DNA from: Eledone cirrhosa
Lineage: Eukaryota
DNA length: 64,000 nucleotides
Direction: 5' to 3'
NCBI GenBank assembly: GCA_964016885.1
Contig: OZ024741.1
Location: forward strand, 356,128,001 to 356,192,000
Positions 28,579 through 41,925 of this stretch are shown here, piece after piece (position 1 is the first letter of the stretch; every line of letters begins with the position of its first letter). Both the position numbers and the translations under genes were made by a program. The notes beneath the pieces are model-generated. The model made no database searches. It was not told the origin of the DNA and saw nothing but the letters and a program-made list of their open reading frames with translations.

Positions 28579-30143
28579 CTGAGAAAAAAATTAAAAAAAA
28601 CAAAAAAAAACAAAGTGTGTTAAAGCTGAAAGGAACTTTATTTAAACAAAGAATTCATCTAATGACGATAAAACAATTAAATAACACAGACACAATATCA
28701 CACATTTTTGGAAGTTTATATTCTTCAATTATATTGATGTCGGTAACGTTCTTTTATTGACTTTTCCATCATTTTATTGGCTGCTTCAGGAATAATGGTA
28801 AGATAGACGGCGGCAGAAAAATGGTAACTATAACATTAAACCTTTAACTCAGTCCCACATGAATAGATCCTCAAAACGCTGAAAGTTCGCACATTTCATG
28901 AGCTATATATGGTAAACCCCTTTTTAGGCACAAGGCCAGCAATTTGGCTAGAGAGGACATTTTATTATATTGACCCCAGTACTTGATTGGTACTTTATTT
29001 TATCGACTACGATAGGATATGAACTCAGAACGTAAAGGATCGGAACAAATACTGCAAACGTATTTTGTTCGACTCTCCACCCATACTGCCAATCTACCAA
29101 CCTAACACCTTAATAAAATAAGGATTTCTAATTTAGACACATGGCCAACTGTTTTGGTGGAGAAGAAAGTCGATTTTATCGAACCTAGGCAAAGCTGACC
29201 GGCGGGATTTGAACTCAGAAAGTAAATGGTCGTAACTAAATATAGAAAAGCATTTTATCCGACGCTCTAATGACTCTGCCAGTCCACCACCTTAACACCT
29301 TTTAAAATAACGATGAAGAAATGTGAAATAGTTGTTGCGGTTCACATTACATCTTGGTTGTAAGACACTTTCGCGGAAATATCTAATGAGATAACTCTTT
29401 CTTTGAAGACATCGGCTGTGTTCAGACCTAAAGAGGGGTGGGCTCCGCCTGCTTAAAACGCCCAAGAGTACGGCGCTCCTACGACTCAAGAAGTTATGAG
29501 TCCATACATATAATTCTTTGCTGTAATTACTGTAGCATGTATAAAGAAGAGAGTCACAATAGTAAGCTCAAACTTTCTCTTTTGAAGACAATCATAGAGA
29601 AATAAGACCGTAATGTAACTCTCACATTGAAAAGTGTAAAAACAAAAAGTTCAATGTCAACATGACGACCTAAAGAATGTTAATGTTAGTAGAATGGAAT
29701 TGACTTCCGTCAGTTTCGATGATGAGTGTTCCAGTTGTTCGATCAACGGAACAGGCTACTCGTAAAATTATTCTGTAAGTGGATGAGCAGTATACAGATA
29801 CGTGAAACCTTAACGTAATACCCAGGAAGGGAGATTCAGCGTGACCAAATGTGTAACCGTGCTCGCCCGTTCAATTATAGGTACAGTCCACCTTATGGAC
29901 TTTCAAATAGTTTCTGTCTACACAAGTTCACTCACAAGGCTTCAGTTGAGATGCCACGTAATGGGATCGAACCCAGGACCTAATGATTGCGAAACGAATT
30001 TCTTAACCATTTAGCCATGCCTACGTTCCCCTAACAATTACGACAACGATGACAAAAGCAACAGAATCAATAATGTGATGACAAAATCGATAATTTTTTT
30101 TTTAATAACGAAAAGTGTATAGAATAGAAAAAGTGATTACTAC

Positions 30144-30229
30144 CTGCCAATATCTCGATCAAAGATGTAGAAATAATGCACACGGAAACAAATGTCCTAA
30201 ACGTTTGAAGGGTTTTTTTGTGGCCGAAC
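30144..30229 (-). CDS. SLC22 exon 7 (loop 8-9, TM9)
   Basis: (R)FGHKKTLQTFRTFVSVCIISTSLIEILA, second motif-A-like loop; CCCTTTCTTAG acceptor, G|GTAGTA donor; 86 nt, phase 2->1. Confidence 0.88.
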
Positions 30230-30867
30230 CTAAGAAAGGGAAACTATTGTGACATATATATAATTATATAACCGTACATACTAGTTAGGAAATTACAAGT
30301 ACAATCCATTAATGGAACAGTAAAAATATGTAAAACATTCCAAACATTCTGCATCTAATAACTGCATATACACTTGTACAGATACAAAGCATATACACAT
30401 GCACACATGCAACTCAACGCATCCACATCCATACATACAATAACATCCATACGTGCACACAGATGTATACAGATATGCATACATATCTACCTAGTTGATG
30501 TTGTGTAAATTCCAATGAGAGTGTCTTGTATCTATGTTAGAAACCGACTCTCTCTCTATTGCCAAACATTTTTGAAATTATAAAATCAGAAGAACATATA
30601 TACATGTAAAACATTCCAAAGATTCTGCATGTAATAACTCCATATACACTTGTACAGATACAAAGCATATGCACATGCACACATACAACTCAAAACATCC
30701 ACATCCACACATACAATAACATCCATACCTGCACATGCAGACATGCATACATATCTACCTAGCTGATGTTGTTTAAATTCCAATGAGAGAGTCTTGTATC
30801 TATGTTAGAAACCGACTCTCTCTCTATTGGCAAAAATTTGTGAAATTATAAAACCAGAAGAACATAC

Positions 30868-31500
30868 ATACATGATGACTGCCCCCTCGTTATCGAGTAT
30901 GGACATTGCATGATATAACATTATTAAGAATTATTAATTAATGCTATCGTGCAATGCCTGCGCGTGAAGACTTTGTTTAAAGAGAGGAAAGACTGTGCAC
31001 TGAGCCAATCCCACTCTCTGAGCGACAGTAGCTATAACCCGAAAAGAAGAAAAGATCAACATCATCGGTAACTACTGAGCCGTAGGTTTTATGTCGGAGT
31101 TATCCCAGTTTCCTGAGTTGCCTTCTCCTAGAAGAATGCCCTGGTAAAGGCTAGGGGTCCTTCACTCCCAGTTGTTTAGCCGCGCGATTGGGTATGCAAC
31201 CCGATTATTTCTATGTCCCCTTGCATATACATATACATGCACACATGCATATACATATATACATAAACATACATATGTACATGTGTATATACATATTTAC
31301 ACATTTTTGGATGGCCATTGACTCTTATGAGTTCTTCCGCCCTTTGTCAGGTTTTGGTTTTTGTCCTGTAGGGTGTCCAAAATCACCCTCCTCACCAAGT
31401 AAACATGGTGGAGTTGCCGGTTTAGTCACCGACGACCCGACCATGCGACAGATTGTACTGAGTTACATGTTACCAGTAGCACTCAAGAGTGACCCGACAT
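30868..31500 (-). mobile_element. RTE-derived element, family B
   Basis: Shares the 5' part with family A but has a different 3' tail; second copy at 61412-61950 on +. Confidence 0.7.
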
Positions 31501-31510
31501 ACATACATAC

Positions 31511-32098
31511 ATGGTGGCTGCCAACTCGTTTTCGAGAACCCCTACCGATGCGCTGAACGAGTGTAACTTTTTAGTCCAGTCAGCGACTTGAAAACTCTGG
31601 TACAAACACTACACTTGTGACAATTATTGACACATAGTGCTGGGCCCAGGGTACCATGTGACGACAAGTGCAGAGAGATCTCCAGATATAAAGCAATGCC
31701 TGTGCCGTGAAGCTTTTATAGTGAGCAAAGGCACTGCACAAAGCCAGTCACACTCTCTTAACCAAGATGATATTTACCAAAAAGAAGAACAAGTCAACAT
31801 CATTGGATACCATCAGGGTTGCAGGTGTTATATCAGAGTTTTCCTTCTCCTAGAATTCTGCCTTGACAAAGGCTAAGGGGTCATCTCTCCCGGTGATTTT
31901 GGATGGCCATTGACTCTTAAGAGCTCCTTTGCCCTTTGACAGGTTTTGTTTTTAGTCCTGCAGGATGTCCAAAGTCACCCTCCTCACCAAGAAACCTTGG
32001 TGGGGTTGCCAGTTTAGTCGCCAACGACCCGACCATGGGATAGGTTGTACTGGGATACATGTTACCAGTAGCACCAACTGGTGACCTGACTGGTGACC
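31511..32098 (-). mobile_element. RTE-derived element, family A copy
   Basis: Reverse complement of 1517-2090; flanked by (CATA)n. Confidence 0.8.
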
Positions 32099-32204
32099 AT
32101 ACATACATACATACATACATACATACATACATACATACATACATACATACATACATACATACATACATACATACATACATACATACATACATACATACAT
32201 ACAT

Positions 32205-33360
32205 AGGCTGTATCTTATCAACAGGGTGGTGGACATTAGCAGAAACAATATTGGTCTCCAAGAACAAAGACACCCAGTTGGTAAAAAAACTACAACCCAT
32301 TGCATATCAGAACCTAATGTATAAAATGTATGCTACCTGCCTGAACTTATTTCTCTAAATCACTGTGACAATAATAACATAATCACAGATGAGCAAGCAG
32401 CTGGAAAAAAAGGAGATTGGAGTGTGCTGAACAACTCCTAATTAACAAAACCGTGGTGTCAGAGGTACAGTGACATAAGAAAAATATGGTTATAGTCTGG
32501 CTGGACTACAGGAAAGCATTCAATTCTATTCCCCTACACTTGGGTGATATAGGCCCTCCGACTTGCTAAAGTCCCTGGAACTATTATCAGAGCCATAGAG
32601 AACCTATTTTCTTCGTGGCCTATTATCCTAAAGTTAAATACAGAGAACACTGATAAAATAGAATATTACAGGGGTATATTTCATAGTGTTACTATTTATA
32701 CTGTCATTAAACGCTTAGCCCTTTCTGCCCAAGAAATATGAAGGATATATAATTGGTTCATAGGAAGACAGGAATACAAACCTAACCCATAATTTCTTTG
32801 TAGATGACCTGAAACTCTATGCCAAGAACATAAATGGGATGAGGTAAAACCTTGACCTACTTACGACGTTCTCGAAATATATATGAATGGAGTTTGGGCA
32901 GGATAAATATTCATATATTATTGTAAATCGGGGAAAAACTATAATCCAATCTAGCAACATTTCTATCAATAGCCTAACTGGTTCACCGATATCTGACGAG
33001 GACTACTACAGATACTTAGGGAAAGATGAAAAATATATCCTATGGTGGTATTTGTAACAAGGAATGTGTAACCAGGGAATATAATACCCGAATAAGAAAA
33101 ATATGGTCTTCTGAATTTTCTGCACACAATAAATCAGTGGCCCACATTATATTTGTTGTGCCTGTCCTGACACCAACATTTGGAATACTTGATTGGTCGC
33201 TAGTGAAAATCCAATCCATCGATGTTAAACCCCGGAAATGTCCACATCAACAGTAACATGGACAACCTCGACCTGAAGTGTAAACAGGGAGGCAGAGACG
33301 TAACATCAGTCCAGACAGCATTTGAGTGCAGCATCATATCCCTCTGACAACATCTACGAA
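32205..33360 (+). pseudogene. Non-LTR RT relic (R4/Dong-like)
   Basis: PIAYQNLMYK, EQAAGKK, EQLLINK, WLDYRKAF, FVDDLKLYA, YRYLG, KIWSSE.SAHNK...VPVL...FGILDW, with stops and frameshifts. Confidence 0.75.
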
Positions 33361-34600
33361 CCACTGTCTACACGAGAGAGATAACACCATGAGAGTTGGG
33401 AAGGAGCTCCTTGATAATTTGTTTTAATCTACCTGTAATATTCTAACTTGTAGGTAAAATACTTCTGTAGTAGGCACTTGTTTTGATGTCGATATAAAGA
33501 ATGACATTAAGTACCAATATCAATGTAGTTAATTATCAGTAACATTAATATAGCGCGATTCAGAATAGAGATGTATATGAAGGCAGATACGATATGTTTG
33601 TATATAATAAACATATATAAGTCTCGCTGTGAATATTTTAAGCTGTGATCATGTCACGGCTATCACAGTAGATGTGTGAAAGTGCCAAATATTCATCCAT
33701 CATCGGGATTTTATCTATCATCGATTACGTGTATTCACTCGATTATGAGAAAAGAATAAGTTATAGCTTATATACCTGTTACGTATAAATAAAATATATC
33801 GTATAAGCCTATCAATGTAGTTAAATTTTTAACTTTTAGGGTTAAATTTGAATACAAATAAGTACAGACCTTATAAGAAACCATTCAATTGATCAAACTA
33901 ATGTATTCGTTAAATTCATTAAGTTGCCGTCTCCATTCAATTTATCAAATTGACATCACCATTAAATTTATTTAACTGACATCTTTATTAAAGTTATTGA
34001 ATTTACCTATTCATTAAATTTATTAAATTCTATGAATGAGCTCATTTATAAAATCAACATGAAAATAATTACTCGCTAATTAATTTTAATCCATCTACAA
34101 GTTAAATAAACAGTTGAAAGCATTGAAAGGTATTTGAAGTCCTTTGAATATTACATTAAGCTAACGAACTTTTAGAATTCAAAATTTGCTCAATGCTCCT
34201 TGACTACGAATAATTCTTTGTTTACATCTACTGGCCAAAAGATAAGGCTTAAAAATGACGGGTAAGGGCCAGTCGCGCTTTGGTGTGATGTTAGCGCAGC
34301 CGCTCGACACAGTAAATGTGTTTCGATTGCTTCAGACGATGCTATCCACTTTTTACGTCATTAGGAGTTTCTATATTCGATTTGTTCGATTATTTTCACA
34401 ATCAACAAACCTTACGTTGAAGTAGCTTACATTAAGGTAATATACTTTCAAAATTCATTAATTGAATGCTTAAAGTTGCCCTTCCTTCTAATACGCAACT
34501 TTTTTATGAAAGGCCATTTAAGTGTTGAGATATTTAGTCCAGTTTAGTACTCTCTTATTTTCACTCTAACATGATTCGCAATATTGAGAAAATCGTTTAC

Positions 34601-34735
34601 CTTTTCGTTAAAATTGAGTTAAGACTGGTAAAAATGATTTCAAAGACAGCCATCAAAGTATAGTTGATATAGATACTGCCAGAAAAAACTTCCAGCATCT
34701 GTAAAATAGCGTTTAGTGACGCTCCATCAACAGCC
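34601..34735 (-). CDS. SLC22 exon 6 (TM7-TM8)
   Basis: (W)AVDGASLNAILQMLEVFSGSIYINYTLMAVFEIIFTSLNSILTK(R) matches G.IY.N....A..EI; TTTTATTTTACAG acceptor, AG|GTAAAC donor; 135 nt, phase 2->2. Confidence 0.9.
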
Positions 34736-35112
34736 CTGTAAAATAAAAGCAAACCGAAAATAAGAGAGTACTAAACTGGACTAAATATCTCAACACTTAA
34801 ATGGCCTTTCATAAAAAAGTTGCGTATTAGAAGGAAGGGCAACTTTAAGCATTCAATTAATGAATTTTGAAAGTATGTAGTGTGTAGTGAATTTGCAGAG
34901 TGCTTAGAACGTCAGATAGAACGTTTTACGGTACTCATTCCGGCTCTCAGTGTTCTGAGTTCGAATCTCGATGAGATGAACTTCGCTTTTCATTCTTCGA
35001 GGTCTAAAACTATATCACACTCTTAAGGTATTTCTATTGATAGAAATAGCAATAACTTTCTGTTGCGGACAGAAGTCTACACACACACATATGATGATGA
35101 TGATGATGACGT

Positions 35113-35237
<125 letters not shown>

Positions 35238-35728
35238 CTATGCCTTGTCACCCATGGGATTTCCAATTTAGCTTTACAATACATATATGTCTTTAACTTG
35301 ACTGCACTAAGGCTTTTCGGAAATGAAACACAACGGTAAACACGTTAGCGATCTGATTGGTTATCGCGGAGCTGTTATGGCTATATATGAAGGTACCCGG
35401 AAAACCCCTGTATCTTGGGAACACGTGCTCCGATTTACCGGAAACTTGTTTTATTCCAGTTGTATTCCCATTTCAGAGGCAACTTCCTTTCAAAGTATTT
35501 TCCCATTATGCGCCCTTTTGACTGTATTACATTACAGACAAGCAAGCAACCAATCACAGACTTTTAGTATTATATAGATAGATGTCATGAGGAACTATCA
35601 AACTTTACTTGCAAACACTGTAGCAACCTCCGAATAATTTAGTATGAATGGAGACCGTGGTAAATTCTTCTTCTAATATTTATGAAAACATACAAAAACA
35701 ATATCAACAGTAAAAAGGTTAACCTTAC

Positions 35729-36061
35729 CATTGTATAGCCATAACAACGGTAACTTTCCTCAGATAAGGTGATTTAAAAATAGCGATTAATTTGACAAAC
35801 ATTGAGGTTTCTTTTTCAATATGTGGTTGTGTATTGTCGACAATTGTGCCATCAAACTGGACTTTGGGCTCCTCATTTTGGCATTCATCACTGACTTTGT
35901 TCACGTCACTAACAACTTCTTGTCGTGAGATTTCCTTTAAAGCTATACTCCAGACTTTATCGAAGTCAACTTTGTTTTGTTTAGCTGCCTTTCTGACAAT
36001 TTTCTCAGCTGTTTTTATTTTTGAATTAGCAAAGAGCCATCGGATAGATTCTTCCAGAAAC
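35729..36061 (-). CDS. SLC22 exon 5 (central cytoplasmic loop)
   Basis: FLEESIRWLFANSKIKTAEKIVRKAAKQNKV...IFKSPYLRKVTVVMAIQW matches PESPRWL...A..I...AK.N and LF..P.LR; TTCAG acceptor, TG|GTAAGG donor; 333 nt, phase 2->2. Confidence 0.93.
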
Positions 36062-36129
36062 CTGAAGTAACAGAGAGATAAACGTGAGATGACAATTGCG
36101 CATAATAAGATGATAATGAAATTACCCAG

Positions 36130-36530
36130 AGATTATATATATGTGTGTGTGTAAAAACCGTAATATTTGCCCACTTAATAACTGTCTTGATCGTAACTTA
36201 GTTTATAAATGCATTGTTAAAACGAATGATAAGTCTTATAGTTATATTGGTGCTACTTCTTCTAAATCTAAAGAAGGGTGGTATAACTATTGCCCCTCGT
36301 TTAAAAGAAAAGATAAAAGATTTAGTACGGCCCTCTCTGAATTGATTTGGTCACTTTAAAATAATGATATTGAATATTCCCTTTCTTGGCAGAAACTTTC
36401 TCGTGCTTTGCCGTATGAAAATGCATCTATATCTAAGGGATATGACCTCTGCACAACAGAGATTCTCCACATCATTCAAAATAGACATTTAATTATAAAT
36501 AAACGCTCTGAAATCTTTAGTTCATAAGTT
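36130..36530 (+). pseudogene. PLE GIY-YIG endonuclease relic
   Basis: CVCKNRNICPLNNCLDRNLVYKC...YIGATS...STALSELIWSL*; a degenerate hammerhead follows at ~37310-37380. Confidence 0.8.
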
Positions 36531-37528
36531 TGGCAAAACGTTTCAGAGGGTATTTAGTTAAATTTTAAATAAAATTTAATAGACTATTAAATAATTAATA
36601 TTAAATTTTCTTTATATATAGTTTTTCTGTTTTTTATTTATAAATCGTTAATAAACTAAATAAAACAAATAAGTATTATAATATTTCTTCGTCGTAACTT
36701 TTACATCTATTTTAACGTTAATTAGTACATAAACGAATTAATTTTAATGTAAATTGACATATTAGGCTATAATACATGCATTTTTCTTTTTAAATAATTA
36801 GGCTAGAACAAATACATCTTTTCTTTTGTACCTATTTATTAATCCCATATAATGATAACCTAACCAGTTATAATTTAGCAAAGCAACTTGTTAAATATTA
36901 TTGTCCACTCTCATAATATCTACTAAATTAAATTGTTTACTTAAACTATGATAAATTGTCTACGAAATTAATAATTTATATTTTTTTCTTTATTATATAG
37001 TTACATTATTAATCTGCATCTTCGAATATATATATTTTTAGTATAGTATCTAATTTAATCTAACTTAAGTTATACATAAATAGCCTAACGGTCAATATTT
37101 GTTTTTGTTCTGATTTTGTTTAACCAATCTAATGTCATCAAACTCTTACCAGTTCAAATACGTTAATACCAACTGTAATATTTCTCCCACTCATATAATA
37201 TCTTCTGTGTTGAGGTTGTTTGTTCTATCTCGTATGCTTACCAGCTACGGGTCTGAACAGCTCGTCTAACTGCCTGCATATAAAATGTTTTCTACATCTC
37301 CAGTGGATTTTGTCTAAAGAGAATATGTTTTGGCTTATGTTATACATAAGTCTTGCATCTTCGAAATACGTATAATAAAATAAATAGGGGTGGTCAAAAG
37401 TAACCGTCTTTCGTTTATTATTATTATTATTATTATTATAAAACTCCGGTTAAATATATACCGTCGAGTGCTTGTAATCTGTTATATATAAGTCAGCTGA
37501 TTCTAAATCAACTAACTCTTTTTCATTG

Positions 37529-37618
<90 letters not shown>

Positions 37619-38147
37619 AACGTAAAATAAGAAAATTATAGTAATTAGCTTACTTACTTAAATTTCACTCCAACTAATTAGTTTCTGAAAGCGAATATAC
37701 ATGGAGATCATGGAGAAACCTTTTCGTCATCAGGGAGCCATTCTACGTTTTTCATATAATTGTTCTGCATCCCCTTGCATTGAACCACAAAGTTACTAAG
37801 ACAAAACCTATATATTTGCTTGCATAGGTATACATCTGTATATATATGTTGGAAGATATACTAATTCTTTATAATTATCTCCAAATTATTTTGTTGAGCA
37901 AAAATTTGCCAAAATTACTACTATAGTTCATAGTAACAGCTTGGCTATTGTCTTTTTAACACCCCACTCCTCACTGATTAACCTCGATGTCACGTGATTG
38001 ATTCTTTTGAATTTGCCACCGAACAAGAAGGCAGTGATTTTTTTCAGTGTCTTGGAATTTAGTCCCCGCTTGCTCTTTTCCATCCACTGAATATTTTTGT
38101 ATAAGTTCCCTGTGTCCACGCATCGCCAGGTATCTTAGCTGAGAATG

Positions 38148-38219
38148 ACTCCCTGATGACGAAAAGGTTTTTCCATGATCTCCATGTATATTCCCTTTCA
38201 GAAACTAATTAGTTGGAGT
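38148..38219 (+). ncRNA. Hammerhead motif (inverted copy at 37668-37737 on -)
   Basis: ACTCC-CTGATGA-CGAAAAGG...CCCTTTCA-GAAA-CTAATTAG-TT-GGAGT; palindromic stem III. Confidence 0.75.
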
Positions 38220-39157
38220 GAAATTTAAGTAAGTAAGCTAATTACTATAATTGTCTTATTTTACGTTTGTCATATAATTGGTCTGCATCCCCTTGCATTG
38301 AACCACAAAGTTACTAAGACAAAACCTATATATTATATATTCGCTTGCATAGGTATACATCGTTATATATATGTTGGTAGATATACTAATTCTTTATATA
38401 TATATATAGTCAGATCACCAGTCTGAAGAGCAGATCGATAATGGAGTCGGGTCCATAACTTCTATGGGTGACCATGATCCAATCCTCTGCGAAACGCGGG
38501 TAACAGGTCGATACACAATAAAAAAAATCTAAATTTATATATATATGTGAATTTTCATAAAATTGTAGGATTCTCAGCTGAATACTACATGTATAGTAAA
38601 GATATAACCACATATAGTTAAGATATAACCTCATATTGAACGGAGGGGGGGGGGTTCTAAAGTATGAGATGAAAAATAAGCGTGGTATAGAGATAGAGAG
38701 AGAAGACGAGAAGAGAAAAGCGAGAATGAGATCGATGGAACAGGACTTTTGGTGATGCGAAAAATAAATTAAAAAAATAATGGAGAAAGGATGAAGGTAG
38801 TAAACTAACAATAAAAATAGAACTGCAGCATTATATGAACTCATCAGCTTCCTTCCCGACCAAATATTTAACCTTAATAAAATGATGTATATATATGAAA
38901 GGAAATAATTTGATATCTTTTTTTATGTAGACTAATTTCAACGGATTTTACCTAATGTTTCTTGTACCCTATTCACTTTATACACTCACACAAACATACA
39001 TATACATATATATATGTGTGTGTGTGTATGTGTGTGTGTATGTGTCTGTGTCTGTGTGTGTGTGTATGTCTTTATCTCGGGTCAATCGGGAGTAGCCACA
39101 GTAAGTAAGGTACTCGATTGAAACAGTTCTAGTCCTGTAGAAGCCATTTTTATATTA

Positions 39158-39198
<41 letters not shown>

Positions 39199-39276
39199 GT
39201 AATCACACTAGAAAATACGGATTTCCTTGAAAATTGAAAAAAATTATAAACATCGAGTATTTGAAAAGGTACTTAC

Positions 39277-39479
39277 AAGTAATCCAGTACGAAATAACCT
39301 GAGAGGGCGGCATTAAACAGGAACAATGCATTCCAACTGAAATCCTTCAACAGATAGGCTATCAGCCCTAGGGAAGAATTATTGATGGCCCAGATACACA
39401 TAAACATACTAGATTTATATATTCGTTTATCTTTTGAGTACAACTCACAAACCAAAGTTACAGAACTAAGAATATATGC
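39277..39479 (-). CDS. SLC22 exon 4 (TM4 end-TM6)
   Basis: AYILSSVTLVCELYSKDKR...LIAYLLKDFSWNALFL...DY; E-[LF]....R motif; TTTTCAG acceptor, TT|GTAAGT donor; 203 nt, phase 0->2. Confidence 0.92.
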
Positions 39480-39755
39480 CTGAAAAGAGAAAATGAGATG
39501 GTTCGTATTTTGTAGCACTAATAAGACATACCTACTGATGGAAACCATTCTTTTTTATTTGCTAATTATCTTGTTTATTTTAACTATGGCAATTAGTATA
39601 ATTTGTATTTATTGTTAGAAACTGCGGTTTATGGGATAATTTGTTGTTTTTCTGTTATTCCTGCAGGAATAACAGAAAAACAACTATCGCAATCAACAAA
39701 AAAAAAAAGAAAATTCCTTGCTACAAACGAAATACAGTTAGAAATGGTAAATGAT

Positions 39756-40090
39756 TTAATGAGACACTTGTTTCTGCTTATTGTGCGATAACTTCTCCAC
39801 ATCAGGTGAAATATTTGTCGGTGAGAGGAGCAAAACATCATCCAGGTGGTCGTCACGCAACCTTGTTCTTAAATTACTTTTAGTATATTTCATTTTGGAA
39901 AAAAGTTGTTCACAAGCATATGTACTTCCAAATAATGATATCATCATTTTCGCATTAGTCAAGATGTTTTTATATTTTCTGCTTGGCAATATATATTTCT
40001 TGTAGAAGTCAGCAGTGGATTCGAACTGAAATTTCGATTTCAAAGATTCGTCGCACTGTAAGTCAATTAACTCCAACTGATATTCTTCTT
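39756..40090 (-). pseudogene. hAT transposase C-terminal dimerisation fragment (Charlie/GTF2IRD2-like)
   Basis: MELIDLQCD...FGSTYACEQLFSKMKYTKSNLRTRLRDDHL; a hAT/Charlie-like terminus GGGTTGCCGACCCCTG followed by CTCTAGA lies at ~41045-41067. Confidence 0.8.
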
Positions 40091-41291
40091 AAAAGTTCGG
40101 CACTCCAAATGGACTTTTCTTTTCTTAGCTTCCATGGGCTTGTTTTTTTTCAAACAAAAAAGATTTATGGAAAGGAAAAAGAACAAAAAGTATAATAATC
40201 AGAATGAAGAAATAAGAAACAAACAATGAAAATAAATGTAAATGCAAATACGGTAATGCGATAAAATATGATAATTGTGAATAAATTATATAAAACCAGG
40301 TTTCTAACGACGTTGTTAGATCAGGTTGCCATTTGTTTTTTTAAACCACTTTTGGCCAAATTCTAATAATTGTTTCTACTTTTTGGCACAAGGCCAGCAA
40401 TTTCCCAGTGTATTTCTAGTACTTTATTTTATCGACCCCGTAATAATTCACACAATTTATCACAAATAATTAAATAAACGTTATTATCGAATAAAGATAC
40501 CTACTGTATAGTTGTTATACCACCAGACAATAAACTCAAATGAAAATACTCTGGGGAGGAGGGAACGAAGTAATTTTTCCAAGGACAGCTTTACCTTGTG
40601 CCGGGGGGGGGAGGCACAGGTAAGGTCAGGCAAACGAAGACGACAATAATTCACGGGTGATTTTATTGAATGACAATATGGGTATAAAAGCGAGTCATGC
40701 GAACCGTAAGGTTGTTTACCTTCCAGTCGCTGACGAAAATGCATACTTCCAGCCAACATTTGTGTTTGTTGACTGGAACACATACATGAAATCACAGGAA
40801 ATAATAATACAGGTGATATAATGCTTGGCGGAAAGCCCAGAAAAAGATGGATAAGAGGAAATAATAATAAATGGAAAATATAATAAGGTTACAAAGGTAT
40901 CTGTAAATATATACGGTATGAGCAGCGATTTGTGATGGGCATCAGGTCGGCACAACCTTGAAGTGAACTACTGTATCTGTATTCGATACTAATTAGATAA
41001 TTAGTGTCCGGACAAAAATCACTCGAGGGCCGGATGTGGGCTGAGGGTTGCCGACCCCTGCTCTAGAATATGATAATTTTCGCATCTACTTGAGCTTTTA
41101 TGGAACAACGAAATCGAGATGATTTTATTTCGATTTATTTGTCTTTTATACACACACATATATATATGTATATATATACATATATACATACATATATACT
41201 TACACACACACATATATATCCCAGGAACAGTTTTTGATAGCGCTAGTTTGTGATTTAAATTCAGGAATTTTATATTCTTTGAATGAAAAGA

Positions 41292-41375
41292 ACCTTCTGA
41301 CGAGAATCTTTCTTTGCAACGAAGGCCGTATGGTCTCCGTTTTATTTTTGGGATTCGAAACCGATCGGTAAAGGT
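41292..41375 (+). ncRNA. Type-I hammerhead ribozyme motif
   Basis: ACCTT-CTGACGA-GAATC...GATTC-GAAA-CCGATCGG-TA-AAGGT: stem I ACCTT/AAGGT, intact core, palindromic stem III. Confidence 0.85.
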
Positions 41376-41774
41376 AACTATAGTAGGTAAAGTCAATTTT
41401 TTAAAATTTATTTTGAAACTTTTTCATTATTTACTAAACCTTGTTTATATTTGTTCTGGCTCGTTAATTTATTAACCCGCCATTGAACCACATTGGCACT
41501 TGGTTGGACAATACATGCGTACCTTGGCGCCTTGTGCGTGAAGGGACGTATTTCATATTACTACTACCTCCACTAACGTTGAGAACAAACCGGGTCATTC
41601 CGACTGCTGCTAGCAATAGCGGTGGCTAGTTTGACCTACCTCCTTTTGCCTCTATCTTTGCTACGGCCCTTGATAAACCTGTTCTACATCATCCACTCTC
41701 ATCCCAGGAACAGTTTTTGATAGCGCTAGTTTGTGATTTAAATTCAGGAATTTTATATTCTTTGAATGAAAAGA

Positions 41775-41858
41775 ACCTTCTGACGAGAATCTTTCTTTGC
41801 AACGAAGGCCGTATGGTCTCCGTTTTATTTTTGGGATTCGAAACCGATCGGTAAAGGT
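41775..41858 (+). ncRNA. Type-I hammerhead ribozyme motif (identical copy)
   Basis: Identical to 41292-41375, offset 483 nt. Confidence 0.85.
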
Positions 41859-41925
41859 AACTATAGTAGGTAAAGTCAATTTTTTAAAATTTATTTTGAA
41901 ACTTTTTCATTATTTACTAAACCTT

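Noticed and set aside
32000-32098. HDV-like ribozyme at the 5' end of the RTE-derived elements
   Set aside because: A P3/L3-like ACC...GGT is visible, but I could not find matching P1 and P2 pairings by eye.
39756-40076. Domesticated GTF2IRD2-like gene
   Set aside because: Only the C-terminal ~100 aa are present, inside an SLC22 intron; best read as a hAT transposon relic.
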